Source: a virus (Duplodnaviria; Caudoviricetes). Taken from it: 33,221 nt of DNA. The stretch lies in the IMG/VR virus record IMGVR_UViG_3300027234_000001, positions 1-33,221 of that record. The stretch is one strand, 5' to 3'. The translations under genes and the position numbers were made by a program. Shown here in pieces: positions 1 to 7,789 of this stretch (position 1 is the first letter of the stretch; each line of letters starts with the position of its first letter). Below the pieces are notes generated by a model. That model made no database searches. It was not told the DNA's origin and saw only the letters and a program-made list of their open reading frames with translations.

Positions 1-100
1 TAACTTTTGGGTTATTTTAAAAAGCTTGAATAGTTTTTGTTTATATACTCATAGGCGTAAAAAAAGAGGTAACTCTGGTAACTGGAATAACCTATTTCTG
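1..100. repeat. Terminal direct repeat, left copy (circular or terminally redundant genome, or assembler overlap)
   Basis: Bases 1-100 are identical to 33122-33221. Confidence 0.97.
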
Positions 101-188
101 AACCTAGATCTGTAGAGAAAAAAAAATAAAAAAAATTCCTGTACAGACACAGGTTGAGAAACAGGTTACTTCGGTTATCAAAGTTACC
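68..188. promoter_or_regulatory. Putative replication origin: imperfect inverted repeat with 9-bp-spaced TAAC/GTTA iterons around an A-tract
   Basis: 68-105 matches the reverse complement of 151-188 at 31/38 positions. GGTAAC-like units start at 68, 77, 86 and inverted units at 164, 173, 182. A-rich centre at about 116-135. Lies just upstream of the primase-helicase operon. Confidence 0.6.
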
Positions 189-246
189 TTTACAATTCTT
201 TTATATAACAATCCAATAATCAACCTACCAATTCATGTAACAATCC

Positions 247-279
247 TTAAATATACCACTATTACTACGGTAGTGGTAT
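247..279 (+). promoter_or_regulatory. Archaeal TATA box plus 9-bp inverted-repeat operator of the replication operon
   Basis: TTAAATATA at 247-255. ATACCACTA (253-261) and TAGTGGTAT (271-279) form a perfect inverted repeat reaching the ATG at 278. Confidence 0.65.
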
Positions 280-538
280 GCCAGTAAACTTTGTTCCAAT
301 AATGATACCAGAAGATTTTAGAGTGTTTTTACAATCAGTAAAAGGTGACTTATCTTATGAGAAATATATTAAATCACAGTTTCTTCTACTACTTGAATTA
401 CAAGAATGGAAACTATCACAGTTGAGAGATGAAAATTGGGATAGATCAGATGATACTTTAGAAGATAACACCGCCAGTGAAAATGCATCCAAGCACACTG
501 ACGGTAAAGAACCACACGGACTGGATGGTATAATATGA
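278..538 (+). CDS. Small RHH/CopG-like DNA-binding protein
   Basis: Strand-helix-helix pattern VPIMIPED-FRVFLQSVK-GDLSYEKYIKS. ATGA overlap with the rep gene, as in pRN-type replicons. Confidence 0.55.
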   Translation: MPVNFVPIMIPEDFRVFLQSVKGDLSYEKYIKSQFLLLLELQEWKLSQLRDENWDRSDDTLEDNTASENASKHTDGKEPHGLDGII

Positions 539-2925
539 GTGGTTATAACTCAGATAAAAAACCTTCGACACCGAATGAATGGGCTGATTTTTGGCGTTAT
601 GTCATTGGTGTGAACGTTATACCAGCAGTCAACCGAACCAAAACCCCCAAAGTTACTTGGAAAGAATATCAAGATGCACCCATACCCCAAGAACTGCATG
701 ACGAATGGAAATCGAAAGGTATGTTCGATGATGGATTGGCATCTATTATGGGTAAAGTATTCCATAATGAATCATTAAAAGACTACTGGTTAAACATGGT
801 TGACTGCGATAACAAGTTAGGCATAGAACAAATGACTGCGAATATTATCGAATTGGCTCGTGGTACTTTGGTTGAGCAAAGTGCAAACCGTGAGAAATGT
901 CATGTTTATTTTTACACAACCGAACCCCTAAAAAATAGGGTACTCCAAAATCCAACACTTGATGATCTGCCAAAAATTGAGGTAAAGTCAAGGGGTAGAA
1001 ATCTAAGTTATTGTGCTGGTGGCAAGCATAAAAACGGGTCATTGATTGACATCATTGACAATAGAATCCCAAAACATGCTGATGGGTTTCAACTTGAAAC
1101 CTTTATGGCTGGTATTTTCGCAAAGTATGAGCCAAAGAAAACAACACTGAAAGCATCACCAACTGAACATGACATGGTTAACGATCTTATAACCAGAAAG
1201 GAAGATTCTAATCGAGGGGATTTATTGATGAAAATTCTTTTCAAACAATTCTCTAGTATGTCCATTGATGTTCTAAAAAAAGATGATGTGTTATCATTTG
1301 CAAAAGACTTGGTTGCAAAGATGAAATATCCTATAGTTGATGACAGACTTGCTGGATGTGTTGATTGGGTTTATGGCAAAAGAATTGAGGATGGTGACAT
1401 ACGATTATCATATAACCAAAACAAAAAAGAAATGGATAGGATGAATATTTTATTAAAAAATAATGATGATCTCGAAGCACAAAGAAAATTTCAAAAGGAG
1501 TTCCCAGAAATATATGAATCAAAAAGAAAAAGTATTTACAAAGTTGCAAAAACAGATATTCATAAAGAAACCAAAAATATTGCTGAGGAAGAATATACAG
1601 ATGATGATTATATGATTTCTCTTGGCGATAAAATTATGAGTGAGTACACCTTCAAAACAATGACAAATCATGGACACGGTGATCATGAAACAAGATTTTA
1701 TGCCAATGGTAGGTATCAGGTAGGGGGGGCTGAGGTTATATCATCTAGAGCAAGAAAACATTGGAGTAGTATTAAAAAAGGTCAGGTAAGTGAGGTGGTT
1801 GCATATATACAATCATTGACTGGTTGGCACAGACCAGAAGAATTTGATACAAAATCAAATTTGATTAATTTAAAAAATGTGACATTTGATTTACGAACTG
1901 GATTGCCACGGGATTTAGACACAGAACATCTTACAATGATACAAGTACCTGTGTACTATAACCAACATGCAAAGTGTCCACGGTTTGATAAATTCTTACA
2001 CGCATCACTTGAGGGGGATGAAAAGAAAATCAGAATGGTTTTGGAGATGATTGCATTGTGTTTCATCAAGGATAATTTTCTTTTACAAAAAGCATTTATG
2101 AATACAGGCTCAGGTTCAAACGGCAAGTCAGTTTTATTCGGTATCATGTATTCAATGCTTGGTAATGAAAACGTCAGTACCAAAACAATCCATGACTTTG
2201 ATAACAATCAGTTTGTCGGTGCTGGACTTGACCGCAAGCTGGCAAACATCTGTGCGGATGTCGGTTCAAAGGGTATAACCAGTACGGAAGCATTAAAGAA
2301 AATAATTGGTGGTGACTCTATTGAGTGTGAGTACAAGTTTCAAATGTCCTACTCGTTCATACCTTATGCGGATTTAATTTTTAGTGCCAATGACGTACCG
2401 CATGTCGAGGACACCAGTGACGGATTTGCAAGAAGATTTGAACTGATAGAATGGACAAAGTCGTTCTATGGTGCAGATCGTGACCATACAGTCCAGACAA
2501 TAAAACACGATCCAGAAGAATTGAGTGGTATCTTTAACAAGTTAATACCAATATTTAGTTATCTTTTCAAACATCAAAAACTGATGTATGAAAGTACGGT
2601 TGCAGATGCACGAATCGCATGGTTGAAAAAGTCTGATACGGTTCTAAGATTCATTGATGACATGTGTATAACCAATAGAAAATATTTTACTCCCGTCAGC
2701 GTGTTAAGAAATGCGTATGAAAAATTCTGTGCTGAAAATGAACTAAATGATGTTGACAATAAGGATTTTATCAGACGTATGGTGCGACATGGGTGCACAA
2801 ACAAGGGGAAGAAAGAAAATGGGGATGTTTACAAAGCATGGTTTGGTATCTGTTTAAAGTCAGAAGAATCAAAGTTTTTGGTGAGTGGCGATAACAATAC
2901 AATGGACAGTTTTAAGGATGAATGA
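535..2925 (+). CDS. Bifunctional prim-pol primase / superfamily 3 (D5/P4-type) helicase replication protein
   Basis: N-terminal prim-pol motifs (NVIP..KTP..W, VDCD, HVYF, IEVK). Walker A GSGSNGKS, Walker B region KLANICAD, motif C IFSAND, Arg finger FARRF and a wHTH-like C-terminus. Confidence 0.92.
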   Translation: MSGYNSDKKPSTPNEWADFWRYVIGVNVIPAVNRTKTPKVTWKEYQDAPIPQELHDEWKSKGMFDDGLASIMGKVFHNESLKDYWLNMVDCDNKLGIEQMTANIIELARGTLVEQSANREKCHVYFYTTEPLKNRVLQNPTLDDLPKIEVKSRGRNLSYCAGGKHKNGSLIDIIDNRIPKHADGFQLETFMAGIFAKYEPKKTTLKASPTEHDMVNDLITRKEDSNRGDLLMKILFKQFSSMSIDVLKKDDVLSFAKDLVAKMKYPIVDDRLAGCVDWVYGKRIEDGDIRLSYNQNKKEMDRMNILLKNNDDLEAQRKFQKEFPEIYESKRKSIYKVAKTDIHKETKNIAEEEYTDDDYMISLGDKIMSEYTFKTMTNHGHGDHETRFYANGRYQVGGAEVISSRARKHWSSIKKGQVSEVVAYIQSLTGWHRPEEFDTKSNLINLKNVTFDLRTGLPRDLDTEHLTMIQVPVYYNQHAKCPRFDKFLHASLEGDEKKIRMVLEMIALCFIKDNFLLQKAFMNTGSGSNGKSVLFGIMYSMLGNENVSTKTIHDFDNNQFVGAGLDRKLANICADVGSKGITSTEALKKIIGGDSIECEYKFQMSYSFIPYADLIFSANDVPHVEDTSDGFARRFELIEWTKSFYGADRDHTVQTIKHDPEELSGIFNKLIPIFSYLFKHQKLMYESTVADARIAWLKKSDTVLRFIDDMCITNRKYFTPVSVLRNAYEKFCAENELNDVDNKDFIRRMVRHGCTNKGKKENGDVYKAWFGICLKSEESKFLVSGDNNTMDSFKDE

Positions 2926-3634
2926 AAAACTTGACTATACCAATGGCGAGTGTACAAGACACATACACAAGTTTGAAGACTTGACAAAAACAAGGTTGGA
3001 TGATTGGTCTGCACCTGTTATTCAGCGTATTGTTTACACGTCTGAAAAGCCTGTTGTTGTTTATGATGACTATGACGGGTACACTTGGATAGAACCGTTT
3101 GGGTTTTATTTGAGAAACACCGATCCTGTCAGATATAACCTAATACAAAAAAGCCATGATGATAACAGGGACTTTGGAACGTCAGGCGAAATTTTATGGA
3201 TAAACAGTTGTGAGTATTGTGGACATGGTATCTATCATGAGAAATATTTTATTGTCAATGACGTTGTAAAATTAAAAATGAGGATAGGCAGTTTTTGTGT
3301 CAAGTATTTTTACAATGTTATGTCTGATACGGACAACGTCAACACTTACAAACTTAAATTAATGTTGAGACAGTTCAATGATTGGTGGATGGACAGGGTT
3401 ATATTTCTGCTTAACGCATATCCACAGGACTACGGTTATGGTTATCATCGTGACCTTCGTACTGGCAAGTATGCAGGCGGTCGTCTTTATGCCGAACCTA
3501 AAAAATTATTGAAGGAACTAATGTCTTTTAATAATTTCTGGACAGCACCCACTTTAAAACAACTAAAACATATCAATACAGTAGCAAAAAACTGGGAATT
3601 GCCGTCAATGTTTGAGGACACCGATACGACATGA
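2918..3634 (+). CDS. Hypothetical protein with Zn-binding motif
   Basis: CEYCGH...IGSFC motif. ATG 2918 overlapping the rep stop is preferred over GTG 2885. Confidence 0.7.
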   Translation: MNEKLDYTNGECTRHIHKFEDLTKTRLDDWSAPVIQRIVYTSEKPVVVYDDYDGYTWIEPFGFYLRNTDPVRYNLIQKSHDDNRDFGTSGEILWINSCEYCGHGIYHEKYFIVNDVVKLKMRIGSFCVKYFYNVMSDTDNVNTYKLKLMLRQFNDWWMDRVIFLLNAYPQDYGYGYHRDLRTGKYAGGRLYAEPKKLLKELMSFNNFWTAPTLKQLKHINTVAKNWELPSMFEDTDTT

Positions 3635-3738
3635 GGTGCAAGTCATGCGGAAAGGTGGTAAGGGTGGCAACAAAGTATCACTGCTGGCAGGTCGCACAGC
3701 AGTGCGGTGCGTGCCACTATGTGGGCGGTGTAAGATAA
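3631..3738 (+). CDS. 35-aa Zn-finger microprotein (MRCK..QQCxxCHY family), absent from ORF track
   Basis: MRCKSCGKVVRVATKYHCWQVAQQCGACHYVGGVR. ATGA overlap upstream, TAATG overlap downstream, and two paralogs on the minus strand. Confidence 0.75.
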   Translation: MRCKSCGKVVRVATKYHCWQVAQQCGACHYVGGVR

Positions 3739-3911
3739 TGGCTGGCAGAAACTACGAGCTGTACTCGTACTGCAACGGCTGTACTGAACGTCCTCTGAAA
3801 CAGTATTCAAAAGACATGCTGAGATGCCCAGCATGCAATCAGAAGCTAAGACACAAGCCAAAGTCATGCTCTGCGAAAAAAACTGCCGAGAGATACTATG
3901 CTCATCTTTAA
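3738..3911 (+). CDS. Zn-ribbon protein
   Basis: YCNGC...CPAC.KLRHKPK. Start at ATG 3738 inferred from TAATG coupling. Confidence 0.75.
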   Translation: MAGRNYELYSYCNGCTERPLKQYSKDMLRCPACNQKLRHKPKSCSAKKTAERYYAHL

Positions 3912-3940
3912 ATATAAGTATAGTTTGGTATAGTCAGGGC

Positions 3941-4117
3941 ATGACTAGACCAAGAATTGATTATGATACTCAGTGCATTTGTATGGAGTGCAATCAGGTC
4001 TATCTGAAGGAATTACGTCTAACAATGTGTCCAAATATCAACTGTCACAACTCTCATTTGAGGTTCCAGTCAAGAAGTCAAACGACTAGACGCAGACGAG
4101 AGGTCAAGAGGTATTGA
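3941..4117 (+). CDS. Zn-ribbon protein with basic tail
   Basis: CMEC...CPNINC..LRFQSR. TATA box TTTAAATA at 3907-3914 supports ATG 3941. Confidence 0.7.
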   Translation: MTRPRIDYDTQCICMECNQVYLKELRLTMCPNINCHNSHLRFQSRSQTTRRRREVKRY

Positions 4118-4215
4118 GGTGCAAGCTTTGCGGAGAGACATTTGACGAGGACGACAGGTACAGGCACCAGAGTCAGAAACATTTTTGGTACTTGGGGGAC
4201 ATAACCGATGATTGA
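4114..4215 (+). CDS. 33-aa C2H2 Zn-finger microprotein, absent from ORF track
   Basis: TTG start overlapping the upstream stop. MRCKLCGETFDEDDRYRHQSQKHFW fits CxxC-x-F-x-HxxxxH. Confidence 0.65.
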   Translation: MRCKLCGETFDEDDRYRHQSQKHFWYLGDITDD

Positions 4216-5224
4216 AATAATTATGCTGTTGATGCTGGGCGGTGACACTGACATGTCAACCCAACTGGCATTTAATGTCGACGAACAAAACGAAACCGTG
4301 GACATGTTGCAGACCGAATATGACATACTTCAAGAGGAACTGACACTGATTCAGACAGACATGAACGTAAAGTATGCCGAGTGGATAAAATTAAAGTATC
4401 TTGAAGAAAACAACAACGACAGTGATGCCGTGCAACATTATCATCATTCCAACACAGGCATAGCAAAAGACGAATGGCGTGCAATGAACAGTGACATGGA
4501 AGACATGAGGGACAGGCTTGACGAGTTAAAATTTGAACTGGACACTGAAATCGTACTGCTTGAAAAGATGGAAAAGGACTTGGAAAACCTGTTAAAGGCA
4601 AATTCAGACACCGTGAGATATTCAAACACAAGCATATCTCTGTCAAAGAACTGTCAGACAATGATTAAGTACGAACTGTACACGAAATGCCCTACCTATC
4701 GGGAACTGTTTGACATGTTTGACAACTCCGACCCGACTGTCTCAGGCATGATGGTCGACTATGGATATGACATTTCAAGGGAAGACATAATGAAAAAACA
4801 CTGGAAGTTCTATGAAACGTATGATGATTTTGAACTGGTAGTGGTTGACCCTGACTCTGACTTTCAGCACAAGAGTATCAACATAGAGATTCAGCCAAGA
4901 GCATTTACGTCACTTGCACTAATCGGTGACAGCAATACAAAGAACTGGACTAACGAAAGCTATACGACTTGGCATAACTTTAAGGTTGACGACAACTGTA
5001 AAAGAATCATGGTAGCACCTGACTTGGAATTGATAGCCGAGGCTGTCGAGTTTGCTCGCAACAACTGTGACGGTGAAATGACACTGTTGGAAAACAAGAC
5101 AGTCAAGCGTGAAAGCACTGAATGGAGTGACCGTGACTGGCGTTCTTCACCGGCATTGGTATATCAGGACTGGCTAAGGAACGCCATTGAGAACAACAAG
5201 GGACTGAGATTGGGACTTGACTAA
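4208..5224 (+). CDS. Hypothetical exported or membrane-anchored coiled-coil protein
   Basis: Short hydrophobic N-terminus, acidic heptad-rich region at about aa 20-130, and Cys pairs in the C-terminal domain. Confidence 0.7.
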   Translation: MIEIIMLLMLGGDTDMSTQLAFNVDEQNETVDMLQTEYDILQEELTLIQTDMNVKYAEWIKLKYLEENNNDSDAVQHYHHSNTGIAKDEWRAMNSDMEDMRDRLDELKFELDTEIVLLEKMEKDLENLLKANSDTVRYSNTSISLSKNCQTMIKYELYTKCPTYRELFDMFDNSDPTVSGMMVDYGYDISREDIMKKHWKFYETYDDFELVVVDPDSDFQHKSINIEIQPRAFTSLALIGDSNTKNWTNESYTTWHNFKVDDNCKRIMVAPDLELIAEAVEFARNNCDGEMTLLENKTVKRESTEWSDRDWRSSPALVYQDWLRNAIENNKGLRLGLD

Positions 5225-5546
5225 CAAAAAATATAACGGAAAGTATGACAGGCTTCCGACATGGAAAAGACTGTTGCATCAGAACGCCGGATTTATCGTA
5301 ATGGGAATATCAGTGGTCATAATATTCTACGCTTGGACTCTGTATGACCAAGACCAAGAGTTCTATTCCTCATGGAGTTGCAGTAAGCTTTACGGGTACA
5401 TGGTTACCGAGTCAAACTATGGCTATCCAGACCATGACGACTTGACTGAAGCACAGCATTTGAAACTGCATGAAATCTATGCCAACGAGTGTACCACTGA
5501 CGAGGAATGGCAACAGGAGTTGGACGATATGAAGATGAAACACTAG
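5217..5546 (+). CDS. Single-pass membrane protein
   Basis: TTG start, TM segment GFIVMGISVVIIFYAW and an acidic Cys-containing C-terminal domain. Confidence 0.7.
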   Translation: MTNKKYNGKYDRLPTWKRLLHQNAGFIVMGISVVIIFYAWTLYDQDQEFYSSWSCSKLYGYMVTESNYGYPDHDDLTEAQHLKLHEIYANECTTDEEWQQELDDMKMKH

Positions 5547-5593
5547 CCGTACGGATTTTAATCTTTAAATACAACATAGTAAAAATTATATCT

Positions 5594-5743
5594 ATGGCTA
5601 GATGGGACTCTGACATTACACCGACACAGGATTTAGTCCAGATTAAACGTGACAAGTTAAAAAAATTATTGGCATTGTACGGCATCGCCGGTGCGTTGAC
5701 AGGCGTATCATTCGGACTGTATTTTTCGGGAGCTGTCTGCTAA
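5594..5743 (+). CDS. Small membrane protein
   Basis: TATA box TTTAAATA at 5564-5571 precedes ATG 5594. C-terminal hydrophobic helix. Confidence 0.6.
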   Translation: MARWDSDITPTQDLVQIKRDKLKKLLALYGIAGALTGVSFGLYFSGAVC

Positions 5744-5865
5744 TGCCTATCTCTGGATTCGGTTACGGCGTTACAAACTACAAGGTAAAAGACGGCAAAC
5801 GTTGCCCTGCCTGCGGAAAGACAAAATGCAAGCATGGCAAGGGCAGACGACCCAGAGTATTCTAA
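5743..5865 (+). CDS. 40-aa basic Cys/His microprotein, absent from ORF track
   Basis: MPISGFGYGVTNYKVKDGKRCPACGKTKCKHGKGRRPRVF, with TAATG overlaps at both ends. Confidence 0.65.
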   Translation: MPISGFGYGVTNYKVKDGKRCPACGKTKCKHGKGRRPRVF

Positions 5866-6443
5866 TGCAAGACAAGGTAAACTATATTTCCCCAGAAACT
5901 TTTGAGGACATAATCAATCACGTTCCGGTTCTGGGTATTCGCAAATGGCTGGACAATGACATTCAGATGCTCTATAAGATAATGTACTACTGTGCGTTGA
6001 GAGCCAACGAGGCAATTAATTTAAAAAAAGAGGGATTCAACTTGGAAGACAGGGAAATATATCTGGGCAAGACCAAGACCAAGAAACAGGACACGGCACA
6101 CATACCTCATATCTTTGTACAGGAACTAAAGACTTGGCTGATATTCAAGGAAAAAGGCAGACTCTTTGAGGGACTGACCTATCCAAGACTGTACTCATGG
6201 TGCAAGAGGATAGGCACTGACTTGGATATTGCCGCATGGCAAAGTCTTGAAACTGAAGTGGGTGAAAAAGTTGTGACACATTTGATGAGGAAAAGTATCG
6301 GCAAGGAGATGCTAAGCGGAACCTATGGCGAGAAGGCTTCGTCAATACCAGTAATATCCAAACACCTCAGACATTCAAAGCCTTCAATGACCGTTGACCA
6401 CTATCTTAAAGCCAGTCTTGAGTCAGTCAAAGAGGCATGGTAG
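5865..6443 (+). CDS. Tyrosine recombinase/integrase, catalytic domain only (about 192 aa)
   Basis: YCALRANE (R), KTK (K), HLMR (HxxR), LRHS...TVDHY (H, Y). Start at 5865 inferred from TAATG coupling. Confidence 0.9.
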   Translation: MQDKVNYISPETFEDIINHVPVLGIRKWLDNDIQMLYKIMYYCALRANEAINLKKEGFNLEDREIYLGKTKTKKQDTAHIPHIFVQELKTWLIFKEKGRLFEGLTYPRLYSWCKRIGTDLDIAAWQSLETEVGEKVVTHLMRKSIGKEMLSGTYGEKASSIPVISKHLRHSKPSMTVDHYLKASLESVKEAW

Positions 6444-6475
6444 TATTTTTATAGTATTAGTTTTGTACAAATATC

Positions 6476-6562
6476 ATGCCGTTTAAGAAAGGAAACAAAC
6501 CTCACAACAAGGGACATGTAAAAGTTGGCTCACATTTTAAGGCAAAGCCAAAAAAGAAATGA
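6476..6562 (+). CDS. 28-aa Lys-rich micropeptide with FKKGNKPHNKG motif
   Basis: TATA box TTTTTATA at 6446-6453. Sequence MPFKKGNKPHNKGHVKVGSHFKAKPKKK. Confidence 0.55.
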   Translation: MPFKKGNKPHNKGHVKVGSHFKAKPKKK

Positions 6563-6645
6563 CGGGTGTAAAAGGTTCTTGCAGAACAAAATACAATCGT
6601 TCTATTCCAAAGACTTACAAAAAAAAGAAAAGTAAAAAGAAATAG
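6559..6645 (+). CDS. 28-aa Lys-rich micropeptide
   Basis: ATGA overlap. MTGVKGSCRTKYNRSIPKTYKKKKSKKK. Its stop abuts the stop of the convergent gene. Confidence 0.45.
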   Translation: MTGVKGSCRTKYNRSIPKTYKKKKSKKK

Positions 6646-6921
6646 TTATTTTTTAAACTGACTCATAAAGGCATCAATCAATACCACGCAATCGTTTACC
6701 GGTTCGCTTGTATCAACTAGAAACGACTTGTTTTCCACGAACTTCAAGTCAAACTGAATGTCCTTTGTGACCATTACCACGTCGTCCCTAGTCACAAGCC
6801 AGTCTTCCAAGTCATAGTCGGAAACCCCCTGCGGCTTGAAGACCAAGTCATGTCCAAGTTTTTTTAGCTTCCTTACCAGCTTCACGTCCCTGATATTCTC
6901 GTCAAGAAATATTTTTTTCAT
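6646..6921 (-). CDS. PIN-like domain protein (DUF5615/Mut7-C type)
   Basis: Acidic motif pattern IFLDENI...LGHD...GVSD..L...VMVTKD.F. TATA-like CTTAATA about 24 nt upstream. Confidence 0.75.
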   Translation of the reverse strand: MKKIFLDENIRDVKLVRKLKKLGHDLVFKPQGVSDYDLEDWLVTRDDVVMVTKDIQFDLKFVENKSFLVDTSEPVNDCVVLIDAFMSQFKK

Positions 6922-7039
6922 GATTAGTAATTATCACGGGGTGTATTAAGTGTATAGGTTTCTATGGTAAATAACATTACGGCTCGTTGGGTTCGACGGG
7001 TCTGCATTTTGTACAAAAATGAAATCGTTTTGTCATGTG

Positions 7040-7177
7040 CTAGTATTTGGCAGAACTGATATAAGATTTTCCTGAAAAGCCAGCCATGCCATAGTGGCAC
7101 AGGGCACACTGCTGGCAAGTCCAGTTGTGTCTAGGCTTGTGGTTGTGAGAGCACTTGCCGCATGTCTTGCACCTCAT
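7040..7177 (-). CDS. 45-aa Zn-finger microprotein (MRCK..QQCxxCHY family)
   Basis: MRCKTCGKCSHNHKPRHNWTCQQCALCHYG..., ATGA overlap. Confidence 0.72.
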   Translation of the reverse strand: MRCKTCGKCSHNHKPRHNWTCQQCALCHYGMAGFSGKSYISSAKY

Positions 7178-7317
7178 GCGGATTCCTTTTTTAATTTTCT
7201 TCCTGAAACTGGGACGTTAAAATAATGACACTTTGCACACTGCTGGTTTGACTGCCAAGAGTGCCGTCCCTTTGTCTTGGTTGCCTTTACTGATTTTGTA
7301 CAAATCTTGCACCTCAT
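7174..7317 (-). CDS. 47-aa Zn-finger microprotein (MRCK..QQCxxCHY family)
   Basis: MRCKICTKSVKATKTKGRHSWQSNQQCAKCHYF..., ATGA overlaps at both ends. Confidence 0.75.
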   Translation of the reverse strand: MRCKICTKSVKATKTKGRHSWQSNQQCAKCHYFNVPVSGRKLKKESA

Positions 7318-7517
7318 GCCGTCAACTTTGACCTTGTCTTTCTTGGCTTCTGCCTAGTTGAAAGCCTGCAACGACAGCACGGACAGAATATGCCCTCGTA
7401 TGATATGCACAAACAGCAGCTACTGCATTTTTTGTAAGTCGTATTTTTAATGTCCCTTACGACTTTCTTGTGGGCGTACACTGGTTTTGTACAAATACCC
7501 TTGCATCTAAAATTCAT
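7314..7517 (-). CDS. Cys-rich Zn-finger protein resembling a small thaumarchaeal family
   Basis: CKGIC...KKCSSC...YEGIFCPCC..RL pattern, recalled from Nitrosopumilus hypothetical proteins (not searched). Confidence 0.75.
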   Translation of the reverse strand: MNFRCKGICTKPVYAHKKVVRDIKNTTYKKCSSCCLCISYEGIFCPCCRCRLSTRQKPRKTRSKLTA

Positions 7518-7789
7518 CTTTTACGCTTCCTTTTTTTCTTTGGTGCCGGCTGTGAGCTGAACATCTGAATCATCTGCAAAGTTCCCACACCTATCACGCC
7601 CATTACATGACCAGCCTGCTTGATGATTTGAATCTTTCTCTCTTTGGATTTTCTTTTTCTTTCGGTTTCTATTTCTTGCCTTGTCTGAAAGTCCGTGAGC
7701 CTGATGTTGTATTTTGTACATAAAATTTCCTGCATGTCAATGTCAAACCTAGACCACTCAAGCATGGAATAATTTTTTATGTATCTCAT
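7514..7789 (-). CDS. Hypothetical basic protein
   Basis: ORF track gives 7514-7804; ATG 7789 gives ATGA coupling. K/R-rich tail. Confidence 0.65.
   Translation of the reverse strand: MRYIKNYSMLEWSRFDIDMQEILCTKYNIRLTDFQTRQEIETERKRKSKERKIQIIKQAGHVMGVIGVGTLQMIQMFSSQPAPKKKRKRKR

Noticed and set aside
1-100. Biological terminal repeat of a linear genome
   Set aside because: An exact round 100-bp duplication that cuts through the origin inverted repeat is more simply an assembly overlap of a circle. It cannot be distinguished without reads.
3612-3737. ORF-track N-terminal extensions (3612, 3824, 5507, 5802, 29548, 31616)
   Set aside because: These stretches are better explained by overlapping microgenes in another frame, or by TATA-positioned downstream ATGs.
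6981-7002. GGGTTCGA resembling a tRNA T-loop or attP
   Set aside because: The flanks do not form a T-stem, and no acceptor stem or CCA follows.
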